A stretch of 64,000 nucleotides of DNA from Eledone cirrhosa (taxonomy: Eukaryota): positions 34,038,001-34,102,000 of the forward strand of contig OZ024755.1 of NCBI GenBank assembly GCA_964016885.1, written 5' to 3'. A model generated the notes under the pieces. It was not told the origin of the DNA and did not search any database. It saw only the letters and a list, made by a program, of their open reading frames with translations. Every line of letters begins with the position of its first letter. Within the stretch, counting starts at the first letter, position 1. Positions 15,554-29,722 of the stretch are shown here, one piece after another. The position numbers and the translations under genes are program-made.

Positions 15554-16129
15554 TTCCATATTTTAATAAGAAATGTTTCATGTTGTTACTTTACACGAGG
15601 TTTCGATTTTCACTTTTTCACTGCTGTATAGTGTATATGTGTGAGGTTGAGTGGGTGGAATATATAGTATATAGAAAAAAGGGGGGAAAAATAATATATA
15701 AAGGCTACAGATTGGCTTCAAAATTCTTTCATCTATTGCAAGAATAGATTCAGTTCATCTGAGCAGAATATTCAATGAAATAATGCAGTGGTTCTTTAAA
15801 TAAATCCTAATAGTCATATTGATAAAACTCTGTCCAGATTTGGAGAATGTTTTTTCTCCCATATAGTGAATATTAGATGTTAGTGAAATATTTAGTAATG
15901 TTTATTGAAAGTGTATATTTGTATAAGTGTATATGTGTATATTGTATATCACTAATGATGGCCTAGTCATCATGTAAAAATTGAGAGTATATATAAGGCA
16001 ACAAACACAATGTTAGTAATATACTGAAATATATCAAAGAGTGTAGTATATAGTATTACAGAATTTAGTACATACTAAGATATTTTTTCCAGTAATAAAT
16101 ATGTAATATATTTTAGATATTTAATTAAC

Positions 16130-16467
16130 AATAATGATTTCTAGGTGAGGCACAAGGCCAGTAATTTGGATGGAGGGGGAAAGTCGAATTAAATCGACCC
16201 CAGTATGTTACTGGTGCTTTATTTTATCGACCCTGCAAGGATGAAAGGCAAAGTTAACCTCGGTGGGATTTGAACTCAGACAATATTCAATTAACAATAA
16301 TTGTTTCTACTTTAGGCACAAGGCCAGCAATTACCCAGTGTATTACTGGTACTTTATTTTATCGACCCCCGTAAGGATGAAAGGCAAAGTCAACTTCGGC
16401 GGGATTTGAACTCAGATCGTAAAGGGACGTAACTATACTGGAAAGCATGGCGTCCGACCCTCTACCG
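16130..16467 (-). mobile_element. Two tandem family B Meta-like SINEs
   Basis: Reverse complement of the 1650-2025 motif; head ends ...ccaatccaccgccc. Confidence 0.8.
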
Positions 16468-16489
16468 ATACTGCCAATCCACCGCCCTT

Positions 16490-16681
16490 GAAGAAGAAGA
16501 AGAAGAAGAAGAAGAAGGCAAAGAAGAAGAAGAAGGCAAAGAAGAAGAAGAAGAAGAAGAAGAAGGCAAAGAAGAAGCAGAAGAAGCAGAAGAAGCAGAA
16601 GAAGAAGAAGAAGAAGAAGGCAAAGAAGAAGAAAAAGGCAAAGAAGGCAAAAAAGAAGGCAAAGAAGAAGAAAAAGAAGAA
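16490..16681. repeat. (GAA)n purine microsatellite
   Basis: Direct reading. Confidence 0.9.
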
Positions 16682-18057
16682 ACAGACAAGAAAATGTGTC
16701 TGGATAGAGTTATTATTCCAATGGTCTGAAAATTGAACTGTTCAGTAAAGATGGACACTGAGTCTGGACTTTTAGACTAGAAAATATCTGATACAGGAAA
16801 TGGTAAATGTTAATTAGGCCAGTGACTGATAAGTGAGGATTAACACAGAAAGAGGAAACTTGACACTGATATTATATAGAGAATATAAACATACTTGATC
16901 TTTAATTTACATTGAGTTGGTGAAATATAAACTAAGAATCAAAGTCTCCAGAAAGGTTATCAACTGAAATTAGAATTAGCGTGAATCTCTATGTTAATCC
17001 ATTACATAAAAGAACATCTGGCAAGATCAACCTGGTCACTGTTGTATCTAATTTCAGTTTTTATAAAACCAACGAAATGAATAATTCAGGTCTATTACAA
17101 ATTAGATCCAATACAAAGATAAGTCATATCATCATTGCCAAAGGTCAAAGAGATTGAAATAGCCAGGAGAATAACAAACATCACGTGAATTGCTTTTGCT
17201 CCCACAGTCGATAAATATAATTTCAAAGAATAATGAAGGGAGAGGAAATGATACATGACCTGAAAATCTACACATTCTTTAGAATTTAAATAAAATCTAC
17301 TAGAAACATTGCCTTCTAGTAATATTTTGACTGAGTTCAAATTGAATAGGTTTCAACAGTTGGAATGAAAAGATTTCAATCCTGCCAAACACTTGGACGC
17401 CAGCTCTGCATGTATTCTTAGAGAAAAGGTATAAAGAAACTCCAGATGGATTCCTAGGTTTCTGCAAAAGATACTGCTATATGGTTGAATAAAAGAATGG
17501 CTGATCTTTGAATAATGATTAGAAATGAGAGAATGGCTTTAAATTAGATAAGTTCATAGTTTAACTGCAGGCATGATCAGATAAAAATGAATATTTGAAA
17601 ATGACACCGATATCTGATTGTGAGGAATGGTCATCTGGCTCCATGAATAATTGGCAAAGTGATCTAGTACATTCTATAGTTGGTCATGAAGATGTAGCAG
17701 ATTGTATATCTGGATTTATGGGTACAGCCAGTAAGCTAGCTATGCATTTGAATCAATAAATCCAGTCTTTATAAGTCTTGGAATCTAAGATGTCATAGAA
17801 GTTCTTTCTTTGGTTCATTTAAAATAATTCTTTCTAGCATTGGCACAGGGCCAGCAATTTGGAAGGAAGGGCAGGTCAATAATATCAACCCCACTACTTG
17901 ACTGCTACTTTATTTTGTCAACCCCAGAAAGATGAAAGGCAAAGTTGAACTGGGCAAAATTTGAACCTAGAATCTAAAGAACCAGTAAAATATCCCAAAG
18001 CATTTTGCTCAACATTCTAACAATTCTGCTACTGTTCCCTCCTGTTGATTTAAAATT

Positions 18058-18420
18058 ATCATCATCCGGTGGCCTGAGCTGAAATAGACTCAACAATTGA
18101 TCTCCACGTGGGTCTGTTGTTCATTGCTGCTGCCAAGTCCTGGATTTCAATACCAGAACATCTGGAGATGACATCGGGATAGGACAGACTGCACCCCTGT
18201 TATTAGTGACTGCTTGTGGTTTCTAAAGCACTAATGGGGACACAGCCTCAGAGGTGGTACGGTGTCAGTGGCCAAAAAATGTTCTGAATGTGTTGAAGCA
18301 GGCGAATGTAAGTGCCATCAAGGTGTTTTTGTTGTTTGGATGAAAGCGTCCATGTTTCACTTCCATATAACAAGATTGGTTGAATTGTTACTTGGAAGAG
18401 TCTGATCTTGGTGTGGTTGG
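18058..18420 (-). pseudogene. 5'-truncated LINE (RTE-like) ORF 3' end with short GAT tail
   Basis: KIRLFQVTIQPILLYGSETWTLSSKQQKHLDGTYIRLL ... PDVISRCSGIEIQDLAAAMNNRPTWRSIV, then gatgat. Confidence 0.8.
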
Positions 18421-19556
18421 AAAGATTTAAAATAATTGTTTCTACTTTTTGGCACAAGGCCAGCAATTATCCCAGTGCATTACTGGTGCTTTATTTTATC
18501 GACCCCGTAAGGATGAAAGGCAAAGTCAACCTCGGCGGGAATTGAACTCAGATCGTAAAGGGACATAACTATGCTGGAAAGCATAATCCAACCCTCTACC
18601 GATGCTGCCAATTTTAAAATAATAACCTCTACATATTTAGGACTTTGTGAATTGCTATATATGTAACAGAACAGAATTAGTAGAGCAGCTGGACAAGTGC
18701 ATTGTAATGTTTAATTACTTCTTTTTAAAATCTTGCCAAAATTGACTTTGATTTCCATTCTTTTAGCATCAATAAGATAATTATCAGTCAAAATTTAATA
18801 AACTTATACACTTTATGATATATGTGGCCTACATTCAAAACCATCATTAACTGGACTATAAAATGGATAATTCAATCTTAGTTTGGAACTACTAGCATGT
18901 TATAAAATTGTCCTTTATCATAATTTAAATCAACTGAACTTACACACATACATACATGCATGTATGTATGGTTATATGTATTCATACATATATTCATATA
19001 TGTGTGTGTGTGTGTGTATATATATATAAACATATATATATAAATCAATATATAAATCAATGAATTTTTATTTGTTTCAAGATATTATCTTACAACATAA
19101 GACATGAACAATCGAAGAGGAGGCTCATCAAAGAAGAGACTCTCAAAAATGTTACAGACTCATTCTTCCTCTTATATGGCAATTAAATCTAAGAAGACAT
19201 AAATAATTCCTTACTATATATACTTTCTTGGACTTCCCAAAGTATTATGCTAGCAAATGTTTAACAGCAAAATATATTTCTTACAATTCATTCTTCAATT
19301 TGAAAAATATTTGTGGGACTTTTGATTTCAGACAGGAAACGTTTTATACAAATAAATATTTTACATTATGTAAAAGAATTTAGTACAATGCTATCATATA
19401 AAATATAGATACAATGAAAAGTTATTTAATTTCCAAGTTTTGGGAACAAAAGAAATAACAAAAACAACATTAATTAGAAGCTATTCAAATTAGAATAATG
19501 ATTTGTAAAACAAGCAAAAGACAACAAATCTTAGGGCAAAGATGTAGTCGACTATA

Positions 19557-20342
19557 TACTTGGTGTGGCAAAGTATTGGGTCATCAGGTATGAAATTTGT
19601 AGAAAAAAAACAAATTTCGCCAAATTTCATACTTGACCCAATATTTACAATAGTAGGCTGTGTGTCATATAACAGTAAATGTAGTTAATATTAGTTCTAA
19701 TTTGAACTTTGTTGTACATGTGTGATATTCTGTATGAATGCTGTATTTTGTCACAGGCCTCTGCATAATTATTTTGTTGTCATTCTTGTGAGTTTATAAT
19801 ACATGCATCGAATGGATTTCAGTCCAGAAGATTTTAGAGCATATGTTTTCATTGAATGGAAATGAGGCAAATCAGCAACAAATGTTATTGCACAATTGAA
19901 GGAGAGTAGAAGTAACAACATTCCAGTAAATTCAACCATTTATCATTCGGTGAAACAATTCAAAGATGGCAGTAGATCATCACTTATTGATGTTCTTCAT
20001 TCTGGCCGTCCTTGCACAACAATGCCAATGTTCAACTCATTCAAAGTATCATTGATGCAGAACCAAAACAATCATTGCATTGCATTGTGCATGTTACTGG
20101 AATAAACAAAGAAAATTTGTTTTCGCTTCATTAGAAAAGTTAGTGGGTGAATTGTTGCACTGATTTCAACAATTATCGAAAGAATGGATCCAGAAAGAGT
20201 TAAATGCCTTGCATAAACACTGGAAAGATGTTATTACATTCAATGGAGATTATGTTTTGCAGAATAAATAAATTTCCATTCCAATATGTTGTGCATTTTC
20301 ATTTAAAGGGTTATTCTAAGGATTTTATTGCCATGCCAAGTG
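19557..20342 (+). mobile_element. Internally deleted mariner/Tc1 element
   Basis: Imperfect TIRs (TA-tacttggtgtggcaa / ttgccatgccaagtg-TA). From 19812: MDFSPEDFRAYVFIEWK*GKSA...FKDGSRSSLIDVLHSGRP (mariner HTH region). C-terminus ...LHKHWKDVITFNGDYVLQNK* ends at ~20271. No catalytic DDD core. Confidence 0.85.
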
Positions 20343-20811
20343 TACTGCAGTATTTCCCTGGTACTCCATTTTTGTCCATCATAGACGGATGTAAACATTG
20401 GCCTCAGCAGGGAGTGATCTCAGAATGTAAATTCACTACATAGAAATGTCTATAAGCGTCAAAACATAATGTAAAATATAGGCCGGCAAATATGGTAGAT
20501 TGTTATTAATAATTTAGCATTAAAAAGCGTGAAGAAATATATATATTGCCACACAAAAGATATTTAAGATTCCGCAAATATGCGGTGGTTTCCATGAACA
20601 ATTATTAGTTAAGTTCTAAGGGAGATTCAGCAAATAACCGGGACCATGAATGCTAGGGGTACAATATATATATATATATTAGAAAGTGAGGTTTTTTTAC
20701 AAAATGAAAAATAACCGAGGTGTCCTACACGAGTGAAAGTATAAAGAAAAAGAGATGAAATCGAAAATGTAACTGGAGTCTTATTTTTAAAAAAAATATA
20801 TTTATTTGGTT

Positions 20812-20849
20812 CCTTTACCGGTTTCGCAGTTCTTCTGCTTTTCAAAAGG
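20812..20849 (-). ncRNA. Minimal type-I hammerhead ribozyme, U3-A8 core variant
   Basis: Minus strand: CCTT-TTGAAAA-GCAG-aagaa-CTGC-GAAA-CCGG-TA-AAGG. Stems I and II pair perfectly, stem III is the palindrome ACCGGT, triplet GUA. AATAAA lies a few nt downstream. Confidence 0.8.
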
Positions 20850-20903
20850 TGAGTTGAGATGGAGGGTCTGTGATTTTTCTCACATCTATATATATATAGA
20901 AAA

Positions 20904-21360
20904 GAAATAGGATTTCACTTCAAGCATAGTTTTATACAATTTGTATAAATATTTTGTATCTCCAAAGAAATACGGTTTTAGGAAGTTGTAGCTATGCAAA
21001 CACCAGGGGGGGGGGATAACACCCTCTGGTGATGTCCAGCAGAAGCAAGGGGGACAACCGTCTATGCATTTCAGGCTTAACAGGCCTTCGTCAGGACGGT
21101 ACCTGCCACTGCTTGCGACTGCTGGACTAGAAGACAGGCGAGAATATATACTTTTCTCGTCTGTGTAAATGAAGTGATTAATCTAATTTGCATATGAAGC
21201 TGCATAAGTTGGCTCAACTTATAATAAAAAACGAAATAGGATTTCGCTTCAAGCATAGCTTTGTACAATATGTATAAATATTTCTCGTATCTCCAAAGAA
21301 ATACGGTTTTAGGAAGCTGTAGCTATGCAAACACCACCTGATGATGTCTAGCAGAAGCAA
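20904..21360. repeat. ~130-145-bp direct repeat pair (period ~329 bp) flanking a hammerhead
   Basis: gaaataggatttc.cttcaagcatag...gctatgcaaacacca...tgatgtc.agcagaagcaa starts at 20904 and again at 21233. Confidence 0.85.
21057..21100 (-). ncRNA. Minimal type-I hammerhead ribozyme, canonical core
   Basis: Minus strand: ACCGTC-CTGACGA-AGGC-ctgttaa-GCCT-GAAA-TGCA-TA-GACGGT. 6-bp stem I, 4-bp stem II, palindromic stem III ATGCAT, triplet AUA. Confidence 0.88.
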
Positions 21361-21571
21361 TATCATTATAACAGAGACATATACAGGTACTTACGTTTCG
21401 CTGGGTTATACACTATAACTCAGCTTGTTTTATAAAAAGCAAATAGCTACCTCCACCATCTAATTATAGGTTTTTAGAAAAATATGCGAGAGCTCTTCAA
21501 GGGCAGATAATTTCGAATTTAACTATAAATAAACAAAACTTTCAGAAAGTGTAAAGGGGAGGGAGGGGGGG

Positions 21572-21618
<47 letters not shown>

Positions 21619-21821
21619 TAGATTGTGTGTGTGTGTTGCTGTGGATGACCATATCTTTTCTCTGTTTGTATCCCATAACTTACTGCTTTGATCATGAGAT
21701 CTATAAAATAAGTACCAGACATTAAAAAGTACTGGGGTTGATGTGATTGACTAAAGCATTCCCCCAGCAAGTTAACAGTCTAATGATTGAAGCCAGTAAA
21801 AGAATGAAAGAGTAAATAAAA

Positions 21822-21854
<33 letters not shown>

Positions 21855-21856
<2 letters not shown>

Positions 21857-22185
21857 GTTTTTCTACTTTTGGCACAAGGCCAGCAATTATCCCAGTGCAT
21901 TACTGGTACTTTATTTTATTGACCCCGTAAGGATGAAAGGCAGAGTTAACCTTGGCAGGATTTGAACTCAGAACGTAAAGGGGCGTAACTCTATGCTGCA
22001 AAGCATATTGTCTGACTTACTTCAACTAATAATTGTTTCTACTTTTGGCACAAGGCCAGCAATTATCCCAGTGTATTACTGGTTATTTTATTTTATCGAC
22101 CCCTTAAGGATGAAAGGCAAAGTTAACCTTGGCAGAATTTGAACTCAGAATGTAAATGGATGTAACTCTATGCTGCCAATCCACT
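21855..22185 (-). mobile_element. Two tandem family B Meta-like SINEs
   Basis: Same motif as 16130-16467. Confidence 0.8.
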
Positions 22186-22860
22186 GGAAACATCTTTGTC
22201 TAAGGGCAATATTAAATAACTAAGGTAAAGTGTGAACTTATGATACATATATCTTTGCCTTATCAAGACTGTCTCCCTGGTTCTGTTTTTTTGTTTCTGA
22301 TCAATTTTTTTCCCCAAAGTCCCATTATTTAAGTTGAAATTTCTAACAAAAGGATTCATTTTATTCAATTACTCTGTCAAATTCTTTGATTCCTCATCTG
22401 ATGATAGACTTGTCTGGGTAATGTAGCAGTATATGTTATGGCTTTCTATAAGGTTCAATTGGTTTTAATACATTCTATATAGTAATCTGCATATTTCTGT
22501 TCTTCATAGAGTAGCTAACTCCAAGAATTGCCTCATCTTTCCATCCCTCTACGTACAGCAGAAATTATTGGACATCAAAAGATTTCTCGGTTTGATAATG
22601 CTTGAAAAGTAAAAATAAAAGAAACAACCTCTGGTTGACTGCCTGTTGAGAGAAGGACTAAAGGAATGCTACTCAATGTTGTGGAACACTTACCTTTAAA
22701 GCTGGCTGTAATATAGTATGCACTAACAAACAGCTTGTCTCGATCAATCCCTCTACAGACATATGGTTGTTGGTAATATTAGGTTAACGACGTAAGCTTA
22801 ACAATGTGAGTCAAACAATATTATTGAGTAGTGATTAAGTTGTTTATCCCTCTCTCTCTC

Positions 22861-22909
<49 letters not shown>

Positions 22910-23119
22910 TTGTGTATATGTATATATATATATGTGTGTGTGTGTATATATATATATAAATATACATATATATATATATAAATATATATATAAAAATATA
23001 CACCCACACACATGTATATATACACACACACACGTATACACACACGTATACACACACATGTATATACACACACACATGTATATATATATATATATATACA
23101 CGCATGTATATACACACAC

Positions 23120-23168
<49 letters not shown>

Positions 23169-24416
23169 TATATGTAAATTATGTATATATATATATATGT
23201 ATATTATATAAAAATAAAGTGTGAGGAAAATTTTTGGTTTTTATTATTTATTGTTTCAAATAACTAAGGTAATCACATTTCGGTACACTTTTATTGAGTC
23301 ATAAAACAGCGACCATGCTGGAACATCGCCTTTGAGGATTATTTCTAACTGTTATTTCATATTGTACTTATTCAATCAACCTCGGAAGAAAGAAAAATAA
23401 AATTGATCAGAGTGCAACATTTTGTGTCACGTACCATTGGTTCTCACTGGGATGTTACACAGTGGTATTGGATCCAGAGTTATGTTATTGCAAACACACT
23501 TCTTAACAACATCATCAGGCTACATATTTAACCCTTTAGCATTTAAACTGGCCACATTTAATAAGCAGGGGTGTTGGAATGAAAATGGAAAAGTCTGAAA
23601 CATTACTCAACACCTGAGAGTAGCTGTCATCCACAATTCACAATTTCACTCATATAGATCGTTAGTTTCCTTCCTGTATCATGTGCACACTATTGTTTAA
23701 CCCTTAAGCATTTAAACTGGCTGTATTTGGCCTGAATTCTCTCAATTATAGTGGATCCCTCAACAAACACACACTTACACATGCACACATACACATGTAT
23801 GTAAATGTGTGTGTGTGTGCGTGTGTGTGTGTATGTGTGCGCGTGTGTGTGTGAGAGAGGAAGAGAAAGTTGGTTGTGATTTGAGTGGAACTTTGCTAAT
23901 ATTTCTAGTAGATCAAGATATCACATAGAACCTTGGCTTTTTGCTTCAGACATCTTTGATGATGAGTCTTGTGCTATTGCAAAGTCTTCGAGGATCTAGA
24001 TTACGAAGTAACATAACTGATACTTGCAGGGTATAGATGATGATGATGATGATGATGATGACATATCATATCATCAGTCAACATCCATCTTCCATGCTAG
24101 CATGGGTTCTATATATGTATATAATTATATATATATAACTTTTAAAATATGTGAGAGGAAGATAGGAAACAGGAAACACAGAAGAGTGAAGCACATGGAC
24201 AATTCTCACTCTTCAGCCATCTTTTGGGGATCATTATACTTTCAGCGCGTTATAAGACATGACTATTCCCCACCAGTGCATCAATAGTATCCACAGAGCA
24301 TCCAAGATAACAATTCAGGATGAAAACACAACGGACATTGCATAAAAAAAAACGAGAAGAAATATCTATACTGATATGGGACAAGAAAACTGCTACAATT
24401 GAAAGCAACAGAAATG

Positions 24417-24795
24417 TGAAGGCGCATGGTTAGAGCATTGGCCTTGCAATCAAAAGGTTGTGAGTTCAATTCTAAAACCGCGTGATGTGTTGTTTCCTTG
24501 AGCAAGACACTTTATTTCACATTGCTCCAGTTTACTCAGCTGTAGAAATGAGATGATAGGACTGGGGTCCATATCATTCCACTGCAAAGTGGTTGTGGAG
24601 GTGCCACAGCAAAAAAAGCACCCAGCCCACACTGTAAAGTGGACGTGTAGGTGCCACGGAAAAAAAATGCACCCAGCACTCACTGTAAATGAGGTTGGTG
24701 TTAGGAAGGGCATTCAGCTGTAGAAATCAAGCCAGAATCAGTTCCTGTCCCACCCTTGCAAGCAAGGAAAAGCGGACGTAAATTGATGATGATGA
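24417..24795 (+). mobile_element. Near full-length SINE family A with two ~48-bp internal repeats and (GAT)n tail
   Basis: tRNA-like head, CORE-like body, aaaagcacccagcccacactgtaaagtgg-type repeats, ggacgtaaattgatgatgatg tail. Confidence 0.85.
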
Positions 24796-26529
24796 AATGA
24801 ATGTAACCATCTTATGAATGGAATATCCAATATAGAAATGTGGCATCCATCCCAAATAAACATCGTTGATCCACATTCCACTGTTGGGAAGTTCTAAAAT
24901 GTGAAGTACTTCATTTTGATATACTTAAAGCTTAAACTTAAAATCATCATTATCTTCTTCTCCTTCCCTTCCTGCTTTGCCCATTTATTTCTGAGAGGGT
25001 TGTTGGGACAAAGTCCTCAGATATGTCTTGCTCAGGGTCCTCTCATAAGCAATTATTTCCAAACATGCCAGAGGGAACCCTCCACCAAGATCAACCAACT
25101 TAATGGTTGGATGTTATCGAAACGTCTTGCTCGTGGTCAACCTCAAATTAGTTGACTGATATTTGCAGACAACTTGGTGCTTGCTGCTTAACTCACTGGA
25201 AGGTGATCTCTGACATGCACTGGATAGGTTTACTGTGAAGGGCTGCATTGCAAGAATGAAAATCAGCGCTGCAAAGACTGAGAGATTCAGTCTCTGAAGA
25301 AAGCCTGCACAGTGTTTTCTGCATTGAGTGGAATTATACTGAAACAGATGCAGAAGTTCAGCTATCTTGGGGGCCATTTTCACATGTGATAGAGGGCAGG
25401 AGGCTAAATTCAATACTGCAATTGTCTTCAAATGTATGTATAACTTGTATATTATCGACATTAGGTGATTTTACAGTCTATACAATAATGTACTCCATAC
25501 ATAATCTTTGTGAACTGCTTTAGTTAATATATATATATATATACTATTTATATATTGACCATTCTCTATCTTGAGTCTTTCTAGGAATATTTTCCTTTAG
25601 TCAGAATATTTCTTTTAGAGAGCGTATATAATTTTTGGACACTTTTTTACCTTGAAAAACAAAGTAGGAAAGTGGAAAAAAAAACTACCAACACAAAAGA
25701 CATTTTTGTTATCAGTCATCTTTTCCTTTGAATGTGGAAACAGATTTTGTAGAACAGGAAGAGAACTCTTTCAAAATACTATGGATTTTCTTTTAACTGC
25801 AATAGTTTCTTCTTTCTAAGTATATGGACAATTTCTAAGTGCTATTGATATTTTCTCATCCACGTGGGAAATATTTCATGTAAAGTAACATCAATTTGCA
25901 CATATAGCTTGGTCCTTGTCCTAAGTTTATCATTTTAACATGTACTTTGGTATAGAAGTAGAGAACAGTTCTTTAACAAATAAAATAACTTGAATGATGG
26001 GAAAAAAAACCATTGTTTGATGCAACTTGGTGAAAGTAAATGAAATGAAGTTTCACATATTCACATTTTTGTTTTTGATGCATCTTCTAACTCAAAACCA
26101 TAAACAAAATAGGATGAAATTGATTTGAAAATGAAGCCTTTAAAATATTTTTTTCACATATTTTGCAAGGGAAAAAATTGAAATCATCTTACTGAATTCT
26201 TCAGCAGAATATTGTCAATCTTGTCAGAGAATCTAAAAATCTAGAAGTATCATTATTTAAAATTTACTATCAAAAGTAAAATTCATAAAATATGTCTTTA
26301 AAAAGAAAATAATAGTTTTTTTCCTTTTTTTTTTTCATCTTTTGTATTTGAATATATTTTTTGAAAATTTTTCTATTTGCCAAACAAACAAGTTAGACAT
26401 TGTACATTTATTTTATTCTTCACCTTATTAAATATATTCACATTTGTTTTTCAGAGCTACAAATCCACTGAATTCAAACATTTCTTTGAAATATTATATA
26501 ATTTGTGTACATTCTAGCAGTATCACAAG

Positions 26530-27100
26530 TGCATCAGACACCATGCTTTGTAGCATAGAGTCATGGCCCTTTACGTTCTGAGTTCAAATCCCTCTGAGGT
26601 TAACTTTGTCTTTCATCTTTACGGCGTCGATAAAATAAACCACCAGTAACGTTCTGGAGTTGATTTAATCGACTTTCCCCTCCCCCAAAATTGCCGGCCT
26701 TGTGCCTATATTAGAAACCATTGACTTTGCCTTTCATCCTTACGGGGTCGATAAAATAAAGTACCAGTAATGAACTGGGTATTTTGCTGGTCTTGTGCCT
26801 AAAGTAGAGACAATTATTATTTCATCCTTACGGGGTCGATAAAATAAAGTACCAGTAATGCACTGGGTAATTGCTGGCCTTGTGCCTAAAGTAGAAACAA
26901 TTATTATTAGAGCGGTGGATTGGCAGAATCAGTAGCGAGTTGGACGCCATGCTTTGCCAGCACAAAGTTACGGCCCTTTAGGTTCTGAGTTAAAATCCCG
27001 CTGAGGTTAACTTTGCCTTTCATCCCTATGGGGTCTATAAATTAAAGCACCAGTAATGCACTGGGGTAATTGCTGGCCTTGTGTAAAAATTAGAAACATT
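26530..27100 (+). mobile_element. Cluster of four family B Meta-like SINE units, two of them 5'-truncated
   Basis: ttcatccttacggggtcgataaaataaagtaccag-type motif occurs four times in tandem. Confidence 0.8.
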
Positions 27101-27423
27101 TATATAATTTGTGTACATTGATATGTATAGCTCTTCCATACACTATTCTCAAAGGAGCATAACCAAATTTAACTCATAAGATATTGATTCCTAGAAGGAT
27201 AGAGAGTTATCTTAACCATGGCAAGTCTTGGATTCAGAATGTAAAGGCACATAGTTAAATACCACAAGGTGTTTTGTTTATACACAGTTTCTACAATCCA
27301 GTAACCTTTATATTTTATAAAATATTTTAGAAAATTTAGAAGTCTTTTTCTAAATCTAGACAATCATATATAATTTTCTAAATAATACTTTTTTTTCTCT
27401 TAACTTATCATAGTTAACCTATT

Positions 27424-27690
27424 GGAGGTGTGTGGCCTAGTGGTAAGGGTGTTGGACTTTCGATCATAATGTCATGGGTTTGATTCCTGGGCTGGGTTGT
27501 GTGTAGTGTTCTTGAGCAAAACACTTCATTTCCCGTTGCTCCAGTATACTCAGCTGAAAATGATACCAGCAATAGCTGGGGGTTTAACCTTGCGATGGAC
27601 TGGCGTCCTGTCCAAGAGGGAGTGTTGTGCTCTCAGTCGCTTCACGCCATGAAACCAGGATAAGCACCAGCCTAACAAGCCTTCTGGCTT
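27424..27690 (+). mobile_element. CORE-like SINE family C (other copies ~12280-12425 and 57305-57515)
   Basis: tggcctagtgg A box, ggtttgattcc B box, gttcttgagcaaaacactt core, then gcgatggactggcgtcctgtcca...gcttcacgccatg tail. Confidence 0.75.
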
Positions 27691-27849
27691 AATACTTTTT
27701 TTTAGATTAGAACCTAATGTTACCAATCCTGTGACCTTCTAGGGTCATGAGAGGGGGTGCTACAAGATAGAGAAACGTACCACCTCTCTTCATTTGTCTC
27801 TGCTGTAGTTCATTTCATGTTGATATCCTCCCATTTGTTTCTCCAGGTA

Positions 27850-28150
27850 TCATCATCATCACCATTTTACGTCCATTCTTCCTTGCTAGCATGGGTTAGA
27901 CGGGTTGTCCTGTTGTGGCAATGCCAGGCCAGGTGACCATGTCTTGCTCATACAGAATTGATTTTCATTTGATTTCTAGAGTTGGATGCCCTTCCGAACA
28001 CCGACCTCATTTACAGTGAGTTCTGGGTGCTTTTGACTGTGGTGCCTACACAACCACTTTACAGTGTGGCCTGGGTGCTTTTTTGTCATAAAACCTACAT
28101 GACTCCCTTTACAGTGTGGGCTGGGTGCTAATTTCCTTGTGACACCTACA
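27850..28150 (-). mobile_element. Family A/RTE-3'UTR-like element with three internal ~48-bp repeats
   Basis: catcatcat tail; tttacagtg...gggtgct repeats. Confidence 0.7.
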
Positions 28151-28846
28151 CCTACAGGACCCCTTTCCAGTGGGAGTGGGGTGGGGGCATACTGTCTATA
28201 AGCTTCAGTTTATACTTGTGGGAAGTGGGTCTTCTGTATACTTGCTTTATCTTTCCTTGAACTGTTCCTTAGAGGATAATCTTGGTCAATCTATCAGAGT
28301 TTTGTCATGTAACCATACCATCTCAGTTTTCTTTTCTTTACAGTGGTTACTAGATCTTCATACTTCCCCACATGTAACAATGCCATGTGGATGGATGTTT
28401 TTGTTGTGCATGTGTCCTGTATAGGAAATGTTAGCCTACCAACCCTTAATGGTGGTTATCGTGGTGTTTCTGCTGCTGCTGTTATTGGTGTTGCTGCTGT
28501 TATTGGTGTTGATGCTGTTATTGGTGTTGCTGCTGCTGTTGTTGTTTGTGCTGCTGCAGGATTTGCTTGTTTTTCTGCCAATGTTGTTGATGTTGCTACT
28601 GCAACCAGGGTTGGTGACACTGTTGTTTTTGTTCACTGTTGGTGTTGTTGTAGCTGTTGAGGCACTAGTGTTGGTAGCTAGGGGACCTTGTGGTTCCCTA
28701 TCTTATGTTGAGGGCAAAAAACTTTCATGTAACCAGTCTTCCCACAGAGATGGTAACAAGGCCTTTTGCTCTCAACCATTATTATGCAACTCCATTCTAT
28801 CCAGCAAATATATATATATATATATCAAATATATATATGTATATAT

Positions 28847-29304
<458 letters not shown>

Positions 29305-29376
29305 TAATGTGGGCATCAGCTGCTACAAGTATCCAACCCCATATGAAGAAGTTTGGTTTAGTTACCAAACAATACA

Positions 29377-29722
29377 TAATTGTTTCTACTAATGGCACAA
29401 GGCCAGCAATTACCCCAGTGTATTACTGGTACTTTATTTTATCAAACCCCGTAAGGATGAAAGGCAAAGTTGACCTCGGTGGGATTTGAACTCAGACTAT
29501 AATAATGATTTCTACTATAGGCACAGGTCCAGCAATTTTGGGGGAAGGTAAAATCGATTAAATCAACCCCAGTGCGTCACTGGTACTTTATTTTATCGAC
29601 CTTGTAAGAATGAAAGGCAAAGCTAACTCAGGCGGGATTTGAACTCAGACTGTAAAGGGCCGTACTTCTATGCTGCAAAGCATGGTGTCCAACGCCCTGC
29701 CGATACTGCCTATCCACTGCCC
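29377..29722 (-). mobile_element. Two tandem family B Meta-like SINEs
   Basis: Same motif as the other family B copies. Confidence 0.8.

Noticed and set aside
17050-17790. Possible degraded LINE endonuclease on the minus strand (SDH-like motif)
   Set aside because: Too many stops and too little motif support to assign by eye; needs BLASTX.
28170-28800. Ala/Thr-rich stretch, possibly a LINE ORF1 relic or host exon
   Set aside because: Low complexity, interrupted by stops, and no recognisable domain.
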